A DNA stretch of 64,000 nt from a virus (IMGVR_UViG_2775507096_000001:34757-98756), one strand, 5' to 3'. Counted from the stretch's first letter, positions 26,910 to 36,989 are shown. The notes: generated by a model from the sequence alone, not told the origin. Program-made: numbers and translations.

Positions 26910-27752
26910 GTGAGGCAGATGCCAGCAGCCGGACTCCGTAAGCGCGTCGACCCGATCCCGGGCAACCCGTCGCCGTACGGCATCCTCGGTGGCTGCGTCG
27001 AGATCGTCGACGTGCCTGACGTGCACGAACTTCTCGGCACCGAGTGGATGCCGCTGTCGTGCGCTGCCGCACATGACTGGGAGTGGTGCCCCGACGGCAG
27101 CACCACGCCCGGCCCGGCGACGAAGACGTTCGAGCGGCCCGGGGTGTGCACTGCCGCACCCATCACGATCTACGCCGGCGTCACCTGCGGCACGATCGGT
27201 TGGCCGTACGACGAGGCCGTGCAGCACGCCCGCGAGACCCTGCGCATGGGCGAACAGCGGGCGCTCGAAGAGTGGTTCATGCGGGACGTCCTCTGCGACA
27301 TGGCCGTGGACCTCACCCCCGGCGCCGCCGTCCCCGTCGCCCAGGGCGTGGCCGCACTCGAAGGATGGCTCGCCGAGACCTATGGCGGGCAGGGACTCCT
27401 CCACGTCCCGGCCGCCGCAGCGGCGCTGATGGGCTGCTGCAACGTGGTCACCCGCACCCGAGACGACCGCTGCCCGGAGACCCTCATGGGCAACGGCGTC
27501 ATCTTCGGCGCCGGCTACGCCCTGAACGTGGGCGGCCAGGACTGCACGCAGGCCCCGGACGGCGAAGCCTGGCTCTACATCACCGGCCCTATCCGGGTCC
27601 GCCGGGAGGCGCCCGAGATCGTGCCCGGCACCGATGCGGAGAGCTTCCGCATCACGACCAACGACCGTTTCGTCCTCGCCGAGCGCTCCTTCGTCGTCGA
27701 AGTCGCGTGCTGCGAGGCAGCAGCCATAAGGGTGTCGCTGTGCCCGTGCTGA
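26910..27752 (+). CDS. Second capsid protein (pentamer-type, probable)
   Basis: A..LRMGEQRALE, ALEGWLA..YGG.G.LH, T.MGN.V.FGAGY, N....AER; follows the major capsid gene. Confidence 0.65.
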   Translation: MRQMPAAGLRKRVDPIPGNPSPYGILGGCVEIVDVPDVHELLGTEWMPLSCAAAHDWEWCPDGSTTPGPATKTFERPGVCTAAPITIYAGVTCGTIGWPYDEAVQHARETLRMGEQRALEEWFMRDVLCDMAVDLTPGAAVPVAQGVAALEGWLAETYGGQGLLHVPAAAAALMGCCNVVTRTRDDRCPETLMGNGVIFGAGYALNVGGQDCTQAPDGEAWLYITGPIRVRREAPEIVPGTDAESFRITTNDRFVLAERSFVVEVACCEAAAIRVSLCPC

Positions 27753-28192
27753 TGATCACCGTGGAGCCGGCGCGCGCCATGCGCGTGGAGTTCGCCAAGT
27801 GGGCCGTCCGGCAGACGCCGAAGGTCCGCACCTGCTCGCCGAGCGCGTTCGCGGTCCCGCCCGGCCTGTTCACGCACATGCCCGAAGCACTGCTCATCGG
27901 GTCGACCGTCGACGGGCACCCCTACCGGTCCCCCGAGGAAGACGCGGCGCTCGCCGCAGCCTCCCAGTGGCGCACAGCGGTCCCCGGTGAGCCTCTACCG
28001 GAGGTGCCCGAGGCGGCGTACGCCCCGGACGCCGTTCAGCTGCCGGGACCGGAGCACAGGCCGGCCCCGGCTGAGGCCGCGCCCTCAGAGGGGGAGGGCG
28101 CGGCCATCACCTGTGACGTCTGCTCCCGGCCGTTCACCACCGCGCGCGGCCGTGACACGCACCGCCGACAGGCCCACCCGGAGGCGGACTGA
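27752..28192 (+). CDS. Hypothetical protein with C-terminal C2H2 zinc finger
   Basis: TGATG coupling; CDVCSRPFTTARGRDTHRRQAH. Confidence 0.72.
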   Translation: MITVEPARAMRVEFAKWAVRQTPKVRTCSPSAFAVPPGLFTHMPEALLIGSTVDGHPYRSPEEDAALAAASQWRTAVPGEPLPEVPEAAYAPDAVQLPGPEHRPAPAEAAPSEGEGAAITCDVCSRPFTTARGRDTHRRQAHPEAD

Positions 28193-28923
28193 TGGCAGTA
28201 ACGCCCACCCCGTGTGCCTGCGGTGGCGGCGGTAGCGGCGAGCCCGGGGAGGCATGCTGCGCCCCCTCCATCACCTCAACCCTGCTGTGCCGCCCGGACG
28301 GCACCACCGTGCTGCTGCTGGCGCGGTCCGGCTGCACCGCCTGCGGTAGCCCGCCAGCCGAGCCGGAACTGGTCGGCTGGCTCGATCCGGCGAACGGCGA
28401 GTTCACGCACGGCCCGGCGCCCGAGGACGCCGGCCCGTGCGGCACGGAGGACTGCGCGTCCGTCACGGTGCTGCGCCTGTGCGACCAGGACTGTGTGCCG
28501 TTCCTGCGGCACCTGGTCCACGACTGCACCGGCGCCGTCATCAGCAGCGTGGACACCACCCCCGACGGCGTCACCCCGTACACGCCTGCCGGGACGGTCG
28601 GGGACTGCGCGGACTGCCAGCGGTGCGTTCCGGAGCCGATGTGCCCCGGCTTCGCCGGCCTCACGGGCCCGGAGACGTGGACCATCCCGGCCGCCACCGA
28701 GAGCGTCAGCCTCTCCGTGGCGTGCGGGCCGGTCACCGTCTACCCCTGCGCCGGGGCGACGGACGGCGTGCAGATCAACGAGTGCGGGGTCAGCCTCCAG
28801 TGGGTCGCTCCGGGCACGGAATGCCGGCCGGGCGTGCTGTGCGACTCCTTCCGCATCGAAGTGCCGGAGGGCAGTGCCGTCTACGTCTCCTGGCTGTCGG
28901 CGGGATGCGGTGACGAGTCATGA
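28192..28923 (+). CDS. Cys-rich virion surface/decoration protein (243 aa)
   Basis: About 22 Cys; shares the LCD..PFLR..DG.TPYT..GTVG.C module with the next two genes. Confidence 0.72.
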   Translation: MAVTPTPCACGGGGSGEPGEACCAPSITSTLLCRPDGTTVLLLARSGCTACGSPPAEPELVGWLDPANGEFTHGPAPEDAGPCGTEDCASVTVLRLCDQDCVPFLRHLVHDCTGAVISSVDTTPDGVTPYTPAGTVGDCADCQRCVPEPMCPGFAGLTGPETWTIPAATESVSLSVACGPVTVYPCAGATDGVQINECGVSLQWVAPGTECRPGVLCDSFRIEVPEGSAVYVSWLSAGCGDES

Positions 28924-28939
28924 ACGGAAAGGCGGACTG

Positions 28940-31900
28940 ATGGCGGTCAGTGGCAACTTCACGAACTGCAACTGCGGGCCGGACGTGCCCGCGTGCGCGA
29001 ACCCGACGGAGCCGGTTGCCACGGTGGGCCTGTGCCTCACGGACGGAACCCCCATCGCTGTCACCGTGGTGCGGGACTGCGCCGGAGCGGTCACCCAAGA
29101 GGGCTGGATCGACCTCACCACGGGCCTCTACACGGCCGGGCCTCCACCGGCAGGGACGGCGGCCTGTGACACCGGCTGTGTCGACACCGTGTGCGTGCAG
29201 CGCTGCGACGACACCAACGGCGACGGCGCCGCCGACCAGACTTACAGCGAGCTGTGGTGTGTCCGCGCGGACGGCACCGCCACGCTCGTCCTCACCTACC
29301 AGGACGACCCGTCGGTGCCGTACTCGCCGGCCTCCCCGGTGGACTGCGAGTACGGGTGTCCCGCAACCGAGACCCTGCCCCTGTGCGACGACAGCGGCCC
29401 GTTCCTGCGCCGCTACACGTGGCTGAACGGCACGGCCGGGTTCGAGGACTTCGAGCTGGACGGCGTCACCGCGCACGTGGTGACCGGTACCGTCCGCACC
29501 TGCGCCGGGGCCGGCAGCCCGGACACGCCGTGCGAGGCGCAGACGACGCCGGCCGCCACGCTCGGCCTGTGCCTGCCGGACGGGACCCCGATCGCTGTCC
29601 TCGTCACCCGGGACTGCGCTGGCACCGTCACCCAGGACGGATGGCTCAACCTCACCACCGGGGCCTACAGCACCGGAGCGCCCCCCGCGGGCGCCATGGC
29701 GTGCGGCGACAGCCGCGCGTTCGAGCTCGCCGGACTGCTCTGCGACGTCGACCCGACCACCGGGGACGTCCTCGGCCTGGTCCTCGTCGAGTACGAGTAC
29801 AACGTGGACGGCTCCCTGGCCTCCGTACGTCTGGTAGACCCGGCCACCGGCAACACGTACACCCTCCAGGGTGAGCTACGGCACTGCCCCGCTGGTGTCG
29901 CAGAGCAGCCCGAGCGGGACCTGGTGCTGCTCTGCGACACCGCAGCGGACGGCACGGTCACCACCTTCATCCGCGACTACGCCCGCGACGAGAACGGGCA
30001 GATCACCGGCCACACGGACTACCTGCTGGACGGCACCCCGTACACGGCGGTTGGGATCGTCGGCGTCTGCTCCGAGCCAGAGACGGCAGACGTGGAGTCC
30101 TGGCCTCTGTGCGTCGTGGACGCCGCCACCGGTGTCACAGTCGCCCGCGTCCGGCGTGAGACGGTCTACGACGGCAGCGGCGAGGCGCTGACGACGCGGC
30201 TCGTCGACGCGATGACCGGCGCCCCGTACACGCTGCCGACGGGCACGCGGCTCGGCGAGTGCTGCGAGACCACACGGGAAGCTGTGTGCGTCACCCCGCT
30301 GCTGCCGACCTCACAGCGGGTGGTGTCCAACCCCGGCAACAACACCTCCGGAAGAGTCGATCCGGCCTGGACCTGGGGAATGACCCCGGCCGGAGGCCGC
30401 ACCGTCTACGACGTGGCCGGACCAGCGGCGTGGACGACCCCGCGTCCCCCCGGCGGCGGCTGGGTGTCCCTGACCCCGAGCACGGCGACCACGCCGCTCC
30501 CCTCGGGGGCCCCGGCCGACTACTACATGGTTACGGCATTCGAGCTGCCGGACGATGCGGTCTTGGATGCCACCACGATCAAGATCGACACGCTCAACGC
30601 GGACAACGCGGTGCTGGGCTACGCCCTCAACGGCGCAGCGGAGACGCGGACCAACGCACAGGCGACGTGGTTCAACCGGCCGCCGTATACGGAGACGGAG
30701 CACCGCATCGCCGGTGCCGTGCGGGGAACGAACCTCCTCGCCATCCGCGTCACCGAGACGACCCCGCCGAGTTCCGGCGGTGTCCTGCTGGACGTGACCC
30801 TCACCTACCGCGTGCCGGGCGCACCGGAGTACTGGACGGTCGAGCACCGCGACTGCGGCACGACCACGTACATCGACCCGGACGGCAACCGGTACCAGGG
30901 CGGCTTGCCCGACGGCTACATGGCCTGCGGGGGAGGCTCCGGAGGCTCGGCCGCGCCCTGCGGCGACACCGAAACGCTGGTCCTGTGCGACACCGCGGCG
31001 GACGGCACCGTGACGCAGTTCCTGCGGCGCCTGACGTACGACTGCACCGGCGAGGTCGCCACCACCGTGGACACTGAGCTGGACGGCACCACGCCGTACA
31101 CCGTGGCGGGCACCGCCGGCGTCTGCTCCTCGGACGCCGAGCCGTGCCGGAACACGAGCACGCTCCTGGTGTGCGACCTGCCCACCGGTGGCACGCCCAC
31201 GCCGACCGTCACCGACACCGACCCGAACGCGTACGTCGGCGGCCCGCCGACCGTGCCAGTGCCCGGCGGCGCGGCGGCCCTGTGGAGCGGCGGCAGCATC
31301 ACGATCGGGCCGGACCCCGCGCCTGGCCCTCACCCGTCCGGCGTGGTGCGAACCATGGCGGCGACCGTGCAGGCCGCCCGCCCGTCCTGTGACACCGGCA
31401 CCGCGCACGTCAAGCTGTCCGTGGACGTCGCCCAGCTCGGCCCCACAGCAGCGTGCGGACCCACCGGCTGGCTGATGCTTTTCAACGGCACCACGCGGAT
31501 CACCCACCAGGCGCCGCCCAACAACGCCCCCATCGGCTGGACGGGCACCCTGACCGTCGAGGCGGACGTACCGGCCGCCGACCTCGCGGCCGGTCAGATC
31601 GCCGCGGTGCTCGGCTTCGACACCTACGACTCCTGTGACGGCATCACCGCGGCCCGGACCTCGTGGCAGCTCTCCGCGTTCACGGCCGAGACCACCTACG
31701 ACCAGGCCGGATGCCCCACTCAGGTCCTCGCCAACGTCGTCACCGACTGCGAGACCGGCGCCGTGGAATCGGTCACGTACACCACGCTGGACGGCGCTCC
31801 GTACACGCCGACCGGCACCATCGGCCAGTGCGAGACGGCCGGTGGCGGCTCCTGCTGCCCGGAGCAGCCCTGCCCGGCGCAGAACGTGCTTGAGGTGTGC

Positions 31901-32341
31901 CGCTGTGATGACACCACCGGGGACGGAAGCCCGGACAAGGAGTACATAGAACTCCTGGCCGTGGACTGTGAAGGCAACCTCGTCAGCATCGGCACGTACA
32001 GCCCTGACCTGTCCGCGCCGTACACCCCCGTGGCCCCCGTGCCCTGCGAGGCGGGCGGCGACGCGGAACCCGCCCTCGGCGTCCAGGCAGGCCGCGTCCA
32101 GCTCGCGGTGGGCGACTCCTGGAGCGCTGCCACCACGGCGCGGCTCCAGTCCGTCACAGTGACCGCCCACACCGGGCCGGGCCAGATCACCACCAGCGAC
32201 GGCACGTCGACCCTCTTCCAGGGCGAGACCGTCACCTGGTCCACGAACAAGGAGGGGGACGCGCTTCTGACCGGCCCCCTGACCATCACGGCGGTGAGCG
32301 GCATCGTCACCGTCACCTACACCCGGGGAGTCACCCTGTGA
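28940..32341 (+). CDS. Large Cys/Thr-rich repeat virion protein (1133 aa) with inserted beta-sandwich domains
   Basis: ATG after AAAGG; repeated GLCL.DGTPIAV, LCDTAADGTVT and RCDDT.GDG modules. Confidence 0.8.
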   Translation: MAVSGNFTNCNCGPDVPACANPTEPVATVGLCLTDGTPIAVTVVRDCAGAVTQEGWIDLTTGLYTAGPPPAGTAACDTGCVDTVCVQRCDDTNGDGAADQTYSELWCVRADGTATLVLTYQDDPSVPYSPASPVDCEYGCPATETLPLCDDSGPFLRRYTWLNGTAGFEDFELDGVTAHVVTGTVRTCAGAGSPDTPCEAQTTPAATLGLCLPDGTPIAVLVTRDCAGTVTQDGWLNLTTGAYSTGAPPAGAMACGDSRAFELAGLLCDVDPTTGDVLGLVLVEYEYNVDGSLASVRLVDPATGNTYTLQGELRHCPAGVAEQPERDLVLLCDTAADGTVTTFIRDYARDENGQITGHTDYLLDGTPYTAVGIVGVCSEPETADVESWPLCVVDAATGVTVARVRRETVYDGSGEALTTRLVDAMTGAPYTLPTGTRLGECCETTREAVCVTPLLPTSQRVVSNPGNNTSGRVDPAWTWGMTPAGGRTVYDVAGPAAWTTPRPPGGGWVSLTPSTATTPLPSGAPADYYMVTAFELPDDAVLDATTIKIDTLNADNAVLGYALNGAAETRTNAQATWFNRPPYTETEHRIAGAVRGTNLLAIRVTETTPPSSGGVLLDVTLTYRVPGAPEYWTVEHRDCGTTTYIDPDGNRYQGGLPDGYMACGGGSGGSAAPCGDTETLVLCDTAADGTVTQFLRRLTYDCTGEVATTVDTELDGTTPYTVAGTAGVCSSDAEPCRNTSTLLVCDLPTGGTPTPTVTDTDPNAYVGGPPTVPVPGGAAALWSGGSITIGPDPAPGPHPSGVVRTMAATVQAARPSCDTGTAHVKLSVDVAQLGPTAACGPTGWLMLFNGTTRITHQAPPNNAPIGWTGTLTVEADVPAADLAAGQIAAVLGFDTYDSCDGITAARTSWQLSAFTAETTYDQAGCPTQVLANVVTDCETGAVESVTYTTLDGAPYTPTGTIGQCETAGGGSCCPEQPCPAQNVLEVCRCDDTTGDGSPDKEYIELLAVDCEGNLVSIGTYSPDLSAPYTPVAPVPCEAGGDAEPALGVQAGRVQLAVGDSWSAATTARLQSVTVTAHTGPGQITTSDGTSTLFQGETVTWSTNKEGDALLTGPLTITAVSGIVTVTYTRGVTL

Positions 32342-34326
32342 GTGGATGCTGCGGGCAGGGGCCCGTCATCATCAGCGGCAGCGCGGCGGCTACGCCCCGC
32401 GTGGACGTCGAGGCTGTTCTCCTGTGCGACGTCCTCGCGGACGGTACCGTGGCCGGCCTCGCCCTCGTCGAACCGATCTACGACACCAACACCGGCGCCC
32501 GGGTCGGGACACGGATCGTCGACCCGACGACCGGCGCCACCTACACGCCGGCCGGCACGCTCGGTGTCTGCGGATCCCCCAGCGACCAGTGCGCCCGGCA
32601 GATCAGCACCCGTACCCGCTGCGACGACACCAACGCCGATGGCACCGGCGACGTCACCTACGTCGAAGTGTGGGCGCTGGACCCCTGCGACGGCGGCGCC
32701 CCGCAGCTCCTGGGCGCCTACCGGGACGGGGACTTCGCCCAGCCGTACACCCCGACCGCCCCCGCGGACTGCCCGGACGCTACCGCGGACACCCCGGTCG
32801 TCCTGGGAACCGTCTGCTACGACGCCGGCGGCGGAGCGACGCGCACCGCCGCGGTCCTGAAGTGCGCGGCCTGCGGCGACCCGGCCGTCACCTACCTCGA
32901 CACGGAGACCGGCGCGACACTGACCGCGCCCGCGATCGTCCCCTGTCCCGCCGCGACGGACCGCTCGACGCAGCTCCTGTGCGACGTCCAGGCGGACGGG
33001 AGCAGCGTGCCGTTCCTGCGCACGTTCACCAGCGACGGAACGACGACCAGCACGGCCGACACCCGCCTCGACGGCGTCACCGCCTACAGCCCGACCGGCA
33101 CCGTCGGCGTGTGCCTTCCCGTCAACGACTGCGCCTCCCCGACCACTCCGACGACCACGGTCGGGCTGTGCCTCGCGGACGGAACACCGATCGCTGTCAC
33201 CGTCGTGCGGGACTGCAACGGCGCAGTCACCTCCGAAGGCTGGATCAACCTCACCACCGGCACGTTCTCCGCCGGCGCCCCACCGGCCGGGACCATCGCA
33301 TGCGGTGACTCCCGCTCCATCCAGGTCTCGGGGACCTTCTGCGACGTGGACCAGGCCGGCGACGTCGTCGGGCTGGTGCTCGTCGAGTACAAGTACGCCG
33401 CCGACGGCTCGATCGAGTCGGTGCGACTCGTCGACGCCACCACCGGGCAGACGTACACCCCGCAGGGCACGATCACCGTGTGCCCGTCCGGGACCGAACA
33501 GCCCGAGCAGGACCTGGCCGTCCTGTGCGACGTCGCGGCCGACGGCACCGTCACCGCGTTCACTCGGGACTTCCGGCGCGACGAGGCCGGCGCCATCGTC
33601 GGCTTCTCCGACTACACACTGGCCGGGGCCGCGTACACGCCGACGGGGACGGTCGGGGTGTGCGATGCCTCCACCGAGGAGATCGACCACCTTCAGCTGC
33701 TGCTGTGCGACACCGCGACGGACGGCACCGTGACGCAGTTCCTGCGGCACTGGACCGTCGACAACTCCACCGGCACGCTCACGGCCGCCGGGGACACCCT
33801 TCTCGATGGGACCACCGCCTACACGCCGGGCGGGAGCGTCGGCGCCTGCGAGTCCTGCGCGCGGCAGGTCATCGAACGCTGCGGGTGCGACGACACCGAC
33901 GGCGACGGCGTCGGGGACGTCACGTACACGGAGTTGTGGGCCGTCGACCCGTGCGGCGGGGGCGCCCCGGAGTTGCTCGGTACGTATCTGGACGGCGACC
34001 TGACGAAGCCCTACACGCCGATCGCGCCGGTCGAGTGCACCGCGGCAGACCAGCCACCAGGGCCGCTGAGCACGGGCGTTCGGAGCGTGACAGGCACCGC
34101 GGTACAAGACCTCGCCGGAACGTACCCGGGCCTTCAGAGCGTCAGCCTCGCCGTGCTGAGCGACAGAGTCCTGGTGACCATGTCGGACGGCGCGAGCGTC
34201 CCCGTGCCGGCCGGTGCCTCCCTGACATGGTCCGTGGAGCAGGAAGCAGATACCGCACTGGCCGCCGCCTCCTTCGCCGGCGCGTCCGCCGCCGCGTCCT
34301 ACCTGCTGAACTGGACGTACCGGTGA
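32338..34326 (+). CDS. Cys/Thr-rich repeat virion protein (662 aa), paralogous to the preceding gene
   Basis: GTGA overlap; same repeat modules. Confidence 0.8.
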   Translation: MSGCCGQGPVIISGSAAATPRVDVEAVLLCDVLADGTVAGLALVEPIYDTNTGARVGTRIVDPTTGATYTPAGTLGVCGSPSDQCARQISTRTRCDDTNADGTGDVTYVEVWALDPCDGGAPQLLGAYRDGDFAQPYTPTAPADCPDATADTPVVLGTVCYDAGGGATRTAAVLKCAACGDPAVTYLDTETGATLTAPAIVPCPAATDRSTQLLCDVQADGSSVPFLRTFTSDGTTTSTADTRLDGVTAYSPTGTVGVCLPVNDCASPTTPTTTVGLCLADGTPIAVTVVRDCNGAVTSEGWINLTTGTFSAGAPPAGTIACGDSRSIQVSGTFCDVDQAGDVVGLVLVEYKYAADGSIESVRLVDATTGQTYTPQGTITVCPSGTEQPEQDLAVLCDVAADGTVTAFTRDFRRDEAGAIVGFSDYTLAGAAYTPTGTVGVCDASTEEIDHLQLLLCDTATDGTVTQFLRHWTVDNSTGTLTAAGDTLLDGTTAYTPGGSVGACESCARQVIERCGCDDTDGDGVGDVTYTELWAVDPCGGGAPELLGTYLDGDLTKPYTPIAPVECTAADQPPGPLSTGVRSVTGTAVQDLAGTYPGLQSVSLAVLSDRVLVTMSDGASVPVPAGASLTWSVEQEADTALAAASFAGASAAASYLLNWTYR

Positions 34327-34949
34327 TGGCGGGGAGCTGCTGTGGGAGCGTCCGGGCCCTCCCGCGCCTGGACCCGGCCGAGTGCAACACCATGCGACGG
34401 ACTGCGTCCGGGCTCCTGGTGCCGGAAGTGCAGCTTCAGGCCGGGCCGGGTATCGCGGTCACGCCGCCGGCGGACGGGGCGTGTCCGGCGGTGTGGCAGG
34501 TGGCCGCTGACGGCTCGTGGGCGCAGAACGCGACGCTCCAGTTCTCGCACGCCCTGGACGGTGCCGACCGGGTATACGAGCAGGTGACGGAGGTCCCGGC
34601 CCTGACGATCCCACGCGCCGGGGTGTGGGAAGTCGACTACAACGCCCGCGCCACCGCGGGGATGCCCGCCAGTACGACGGGCGCCGAGTACGTCACCACC
34701 GCTCTCTACAAGAACGGCGCGGCGATCGTCGGAAGCGAAGCCATGATCGTCGGCGTGAACGGGGCGGAGACCGGCAACCAGGCGACCGGCGGCCTCAGCT
34801 TCCTGCACACCTTCGCTGCGGGCGACGTCGTCACGCTGTGGGCGTACCGGATCGGGCAGACCGGCACTGCATCCGTCGTCTCGAACGCCGACGGCCGGAC
34901 GCGGATCTCGATGCACTGGATCGGTCCGACGGGAGACACGCCAGCATGA
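34326..34949 (+). CDS. Fibre-tip-like protein with C1q/BclA-like C-terminal domain (207 aa)
   Basis: TGATG coupling; LTIPRAGVWEVDY..LYKNG..AAGDVVTLWAY. Confidence 0.65.
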   Translation: MAGSCCGSVRALPRLDPAECNTMRRTASGLLVPEVQLQAGPGIAVTPPADGACPAVWQVAADGSWAQNATLQFSHALDGADRVYEQVTEVPALTIPRAGVWEVDYNARATAGMPASTTGAEYVTTALYKNGAAIVGSEAMIVGVNGAETGNQATGGLSFLHTFAAGDVVTLWAYRIGQTGTASVVSNADGRTRISMHWIGPTGDTPA

Positions 34950-35416
34950 CCGGAACCGCAGCGGGACTCCGCTTCGTCGAGCATGGATACGCCGTCCTCC
35001 CAGCGCCTGTGAACCTACAACCCACCGCGTCCGGCGTGTGGGTCGACACCGGGTTGCAGATCACGTTGCCGGGCGCCGGGAGGTACCAGCTCGACACCAC
35101 AGTGCGCGGCAACCTCCAGGCGCGCGGAGCCGACTTCAACGTCTGGTTGCAAGCCCGGCTGTGGGACGTCACCGCCGGGGCTGTGGTCCCGGACAGTGAG
35201 TGCATCGTTCAGCAGTACTGGCTTACCCAGGCGGACGTGGCGAGCGTCGGCGGCAACGCCTCAGCCTCGGTACTGATCGAGTACAGCGTGCCGGGCTCTC
35301 GAACCATCCGCTTGGAAGCGGCGCGCATCAACCTACAAGGCGCCTCGATCGAGGCCGGTATCGGAAGTGACACGGTGTCCGGCCGTACCACGATGCGCTT
35401 CGAGCGCGTCGCCTGA
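34946..35416 (+). CDS. Beta-sandwich structural protein (156 aa), paralog of 36466-36936
   Basis: GVWVDTGLQITLPGAGRYQLD..ARLWDVTAGAVVPDSE..GRTTMRFERVA. Confidence 0.75.
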   Translation: MTGTAAGLRFVEHGYAVLPAPVNLQPTASGVWVDTGLQITLPGAGRYQLDTTVRGNLQARGADFNVWLQARLWDVTAGAVVPDSECIVQQYWLTQADVASVGGNASASVLIEYSVPGSRTIRLEAARINLQGASIEAGIGSDTVSGRTTMRFERVA

Positions 35417-35523
35417 ACCCTCACCCTCTTGGAGCTTCCCATGTCGGAAACCAGCGGATGCGTGGCGGCGGCCACGCCGAAGGACGGGCACGAGATCGTC
35501 TCCACCATGAAGGAGGCGTAAGC

Positions 35524-36462
35524 GTGTCAGGGACTTCCGCCGGGCTCTCGATCGAGTGCCCGCAGACGATCGCCTCTGAGTGCTGGAAGGTGCCGGGCTA
35601 CCGGTACGTCACCTACGACAACAGCGCGACCACGCCGTGCGGCATCTCCGCCATCAACGGCACGCCGGCCGGTATCTGCGACCGGCCGAACCTGAAGTTC
35701 ACGTCGTGGATCATCAACGGCCGGAACGTCTTCGCCGCGCCGTTCAACGACGGGCTGGACGAGTGCGGCACACCGCTGCTCTCCGACCTGTGCGCGGTCC
35801 TCAACACGTGGGACCCCTTCGGGGGAAGCTGGATCACGGCCGTCTCGGACCCGTGCGCGTACCACATCAGGTCCCGCGCTCTCCCGCCCACGGGAACGGA
35901 CTATGGCGTCATCACAGCCGTTGACAACGACACCGGGGAGACGCTGACCTTCGCGCCGGCCGAGGTCGTGGTCCCTGACCAGGTCTTCCGTCGCCTCACG
36001 GAAGTGGACTGCGACGGGCAGACCACACAGCGGTGGCTCAACGATGCCGGCGTGACTGTTCCGGCCCCGGACCCGAAACAGATCGTGGAGTGCTCCGTCC
36101 AGACGGTCCCGGACGTGCGAACCTCCCCAACGCAGCGAGTGCGGTCGCGGATCAAGCGGTTCACCGGCACAGCGACCAGCGGCAACATCGACTCGTTCCC
36201 CGCAGACGTCCAGGCGGTCACGCTCACCGTCCTGGCGGGCGCCGTGCGCGTCCAGGCGGCGGGCTCAGGGTCCCGCAACGGGGGAGCCCCGACCACGTAC
36301 GCGGACGACGTCACGGTCCCGGCCGGCGTAACGCTGTCGTGGGGCGTCGACGGGGACTCCTACGACCTCGCCCTGGACGGTTCCCTGATCTTCACTGGCA
36401 CGGCAGCGGGCGCGGACTTCCTCGTCCACTGGACGGAACACGCCTACACGGACGGGGACTGA
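35524..36462 (+). CDS. Structural protein (312 aa)
   Basis: AAGGAGG RBS; C-terminal VQAVTLTVL..VPAG.TLSW domain like the ends of the Cys-rich repeat proteins. Confidence 0.72.
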   Translation: MSGTSAGLSIECPQTIASECWKVPGYRYVTYDNSATTPCGISAINGTPAGICDRPNLKFTSWIINGRNVFAAPFNDGLDECGTPLLSDLCAVLNTWDPFGGSWITAVSDPCAYHIRSRALPPTGTDYGVITAVDNDTGETLTFAPAEVVVPDQVFRRLTEVDCDGQTTQRWLNDAGVTVPAPDPKQIVECSVQTVPDVRTSPTQRVRSRIKRFTGTATSGNIDSFPADVQAVTLTVLAGAVRVQAAGSGSRNGGAPTTYADDVTVPAGVTLSWGVDGDSYDLALDGSLIFTGTAAGADFLVHWTEHAYTDGD

Positions 36463-36465
36463 CCC

Positions 36466-36936
36466 ATGGGGACCTCCAGCAGTATCCAGATCGTGGGCCA
36501 GGGCTACGCCGAGCTACCCGCCGTGGTCGACCTCGGGGCCACCGGTACAGGGGTATGGGTGAACACGGGCCTCCAGCTGACGCTTCCGGCCGCCGGCACC
36601 TATCACCTCGATGCCAACGTGCGCTCCGTGCTGACCGCGTCGGACGGCACCAACGTATGGATCGGTGCCCGGCTGTTCGACGTCACCGCGGGCGTCGTTG
36701 TGCCCGACAGCGAGGTCCTGGTCCAGCAGATCGCCACGAGCGTCTCCCCGGCAACGACGGTCGTCACCCAGGGCACCAACCAGCACGCATCGATCCTCGT
36801 TCCGTACAGCGTTCCCGGCTCGCGCCTCGTCCGCCTCCAGGCCGTGAAGACCTTCAGCGGTCCCGCGCCGTCCGTGGCTCGCATCCAGTCGGACGGCAGC
36901 GGGCGCACCACCCTGCGGTACGAGCGGGTCGCGTGA
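36466..36936 (+). CDS. Beta-sandwich structural protein (156 aa), paralog of 34946-35416
   Basis: GVWVNTGLQLTLPAAGTYHLD..ARLFDVTAGVVVPDSE..GRTTLRYERVA. Confidence 0.78.
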   Translation: MGTSSSIQIVGQGYAELPAVVDLGATGTGVWVNTGLQLTLPAAGTYHLDANVRSVLTASDGTNVWIGARLFDVTAGVVVPDSEVLVQQIATSVSPATTVVTQGTNQHASILVPYSVPGSRLVRLQAVKTFSGPAPSVARIQSDGSGRTTLRYERVA

Positions 36937-36989
36937 GTACCCCGAGCAGCTGACACGGCACCAGGCGCACCAGAACGGAGAGAGAGCGC

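Noticed and set aside
28940-34326. Repeats in the Cys-rich genes as a diversity-generating retroelement (TR/VR)
   Set aside because: No reverse transcriptase in the window; all copies are coding and differences are not adenine-specific.
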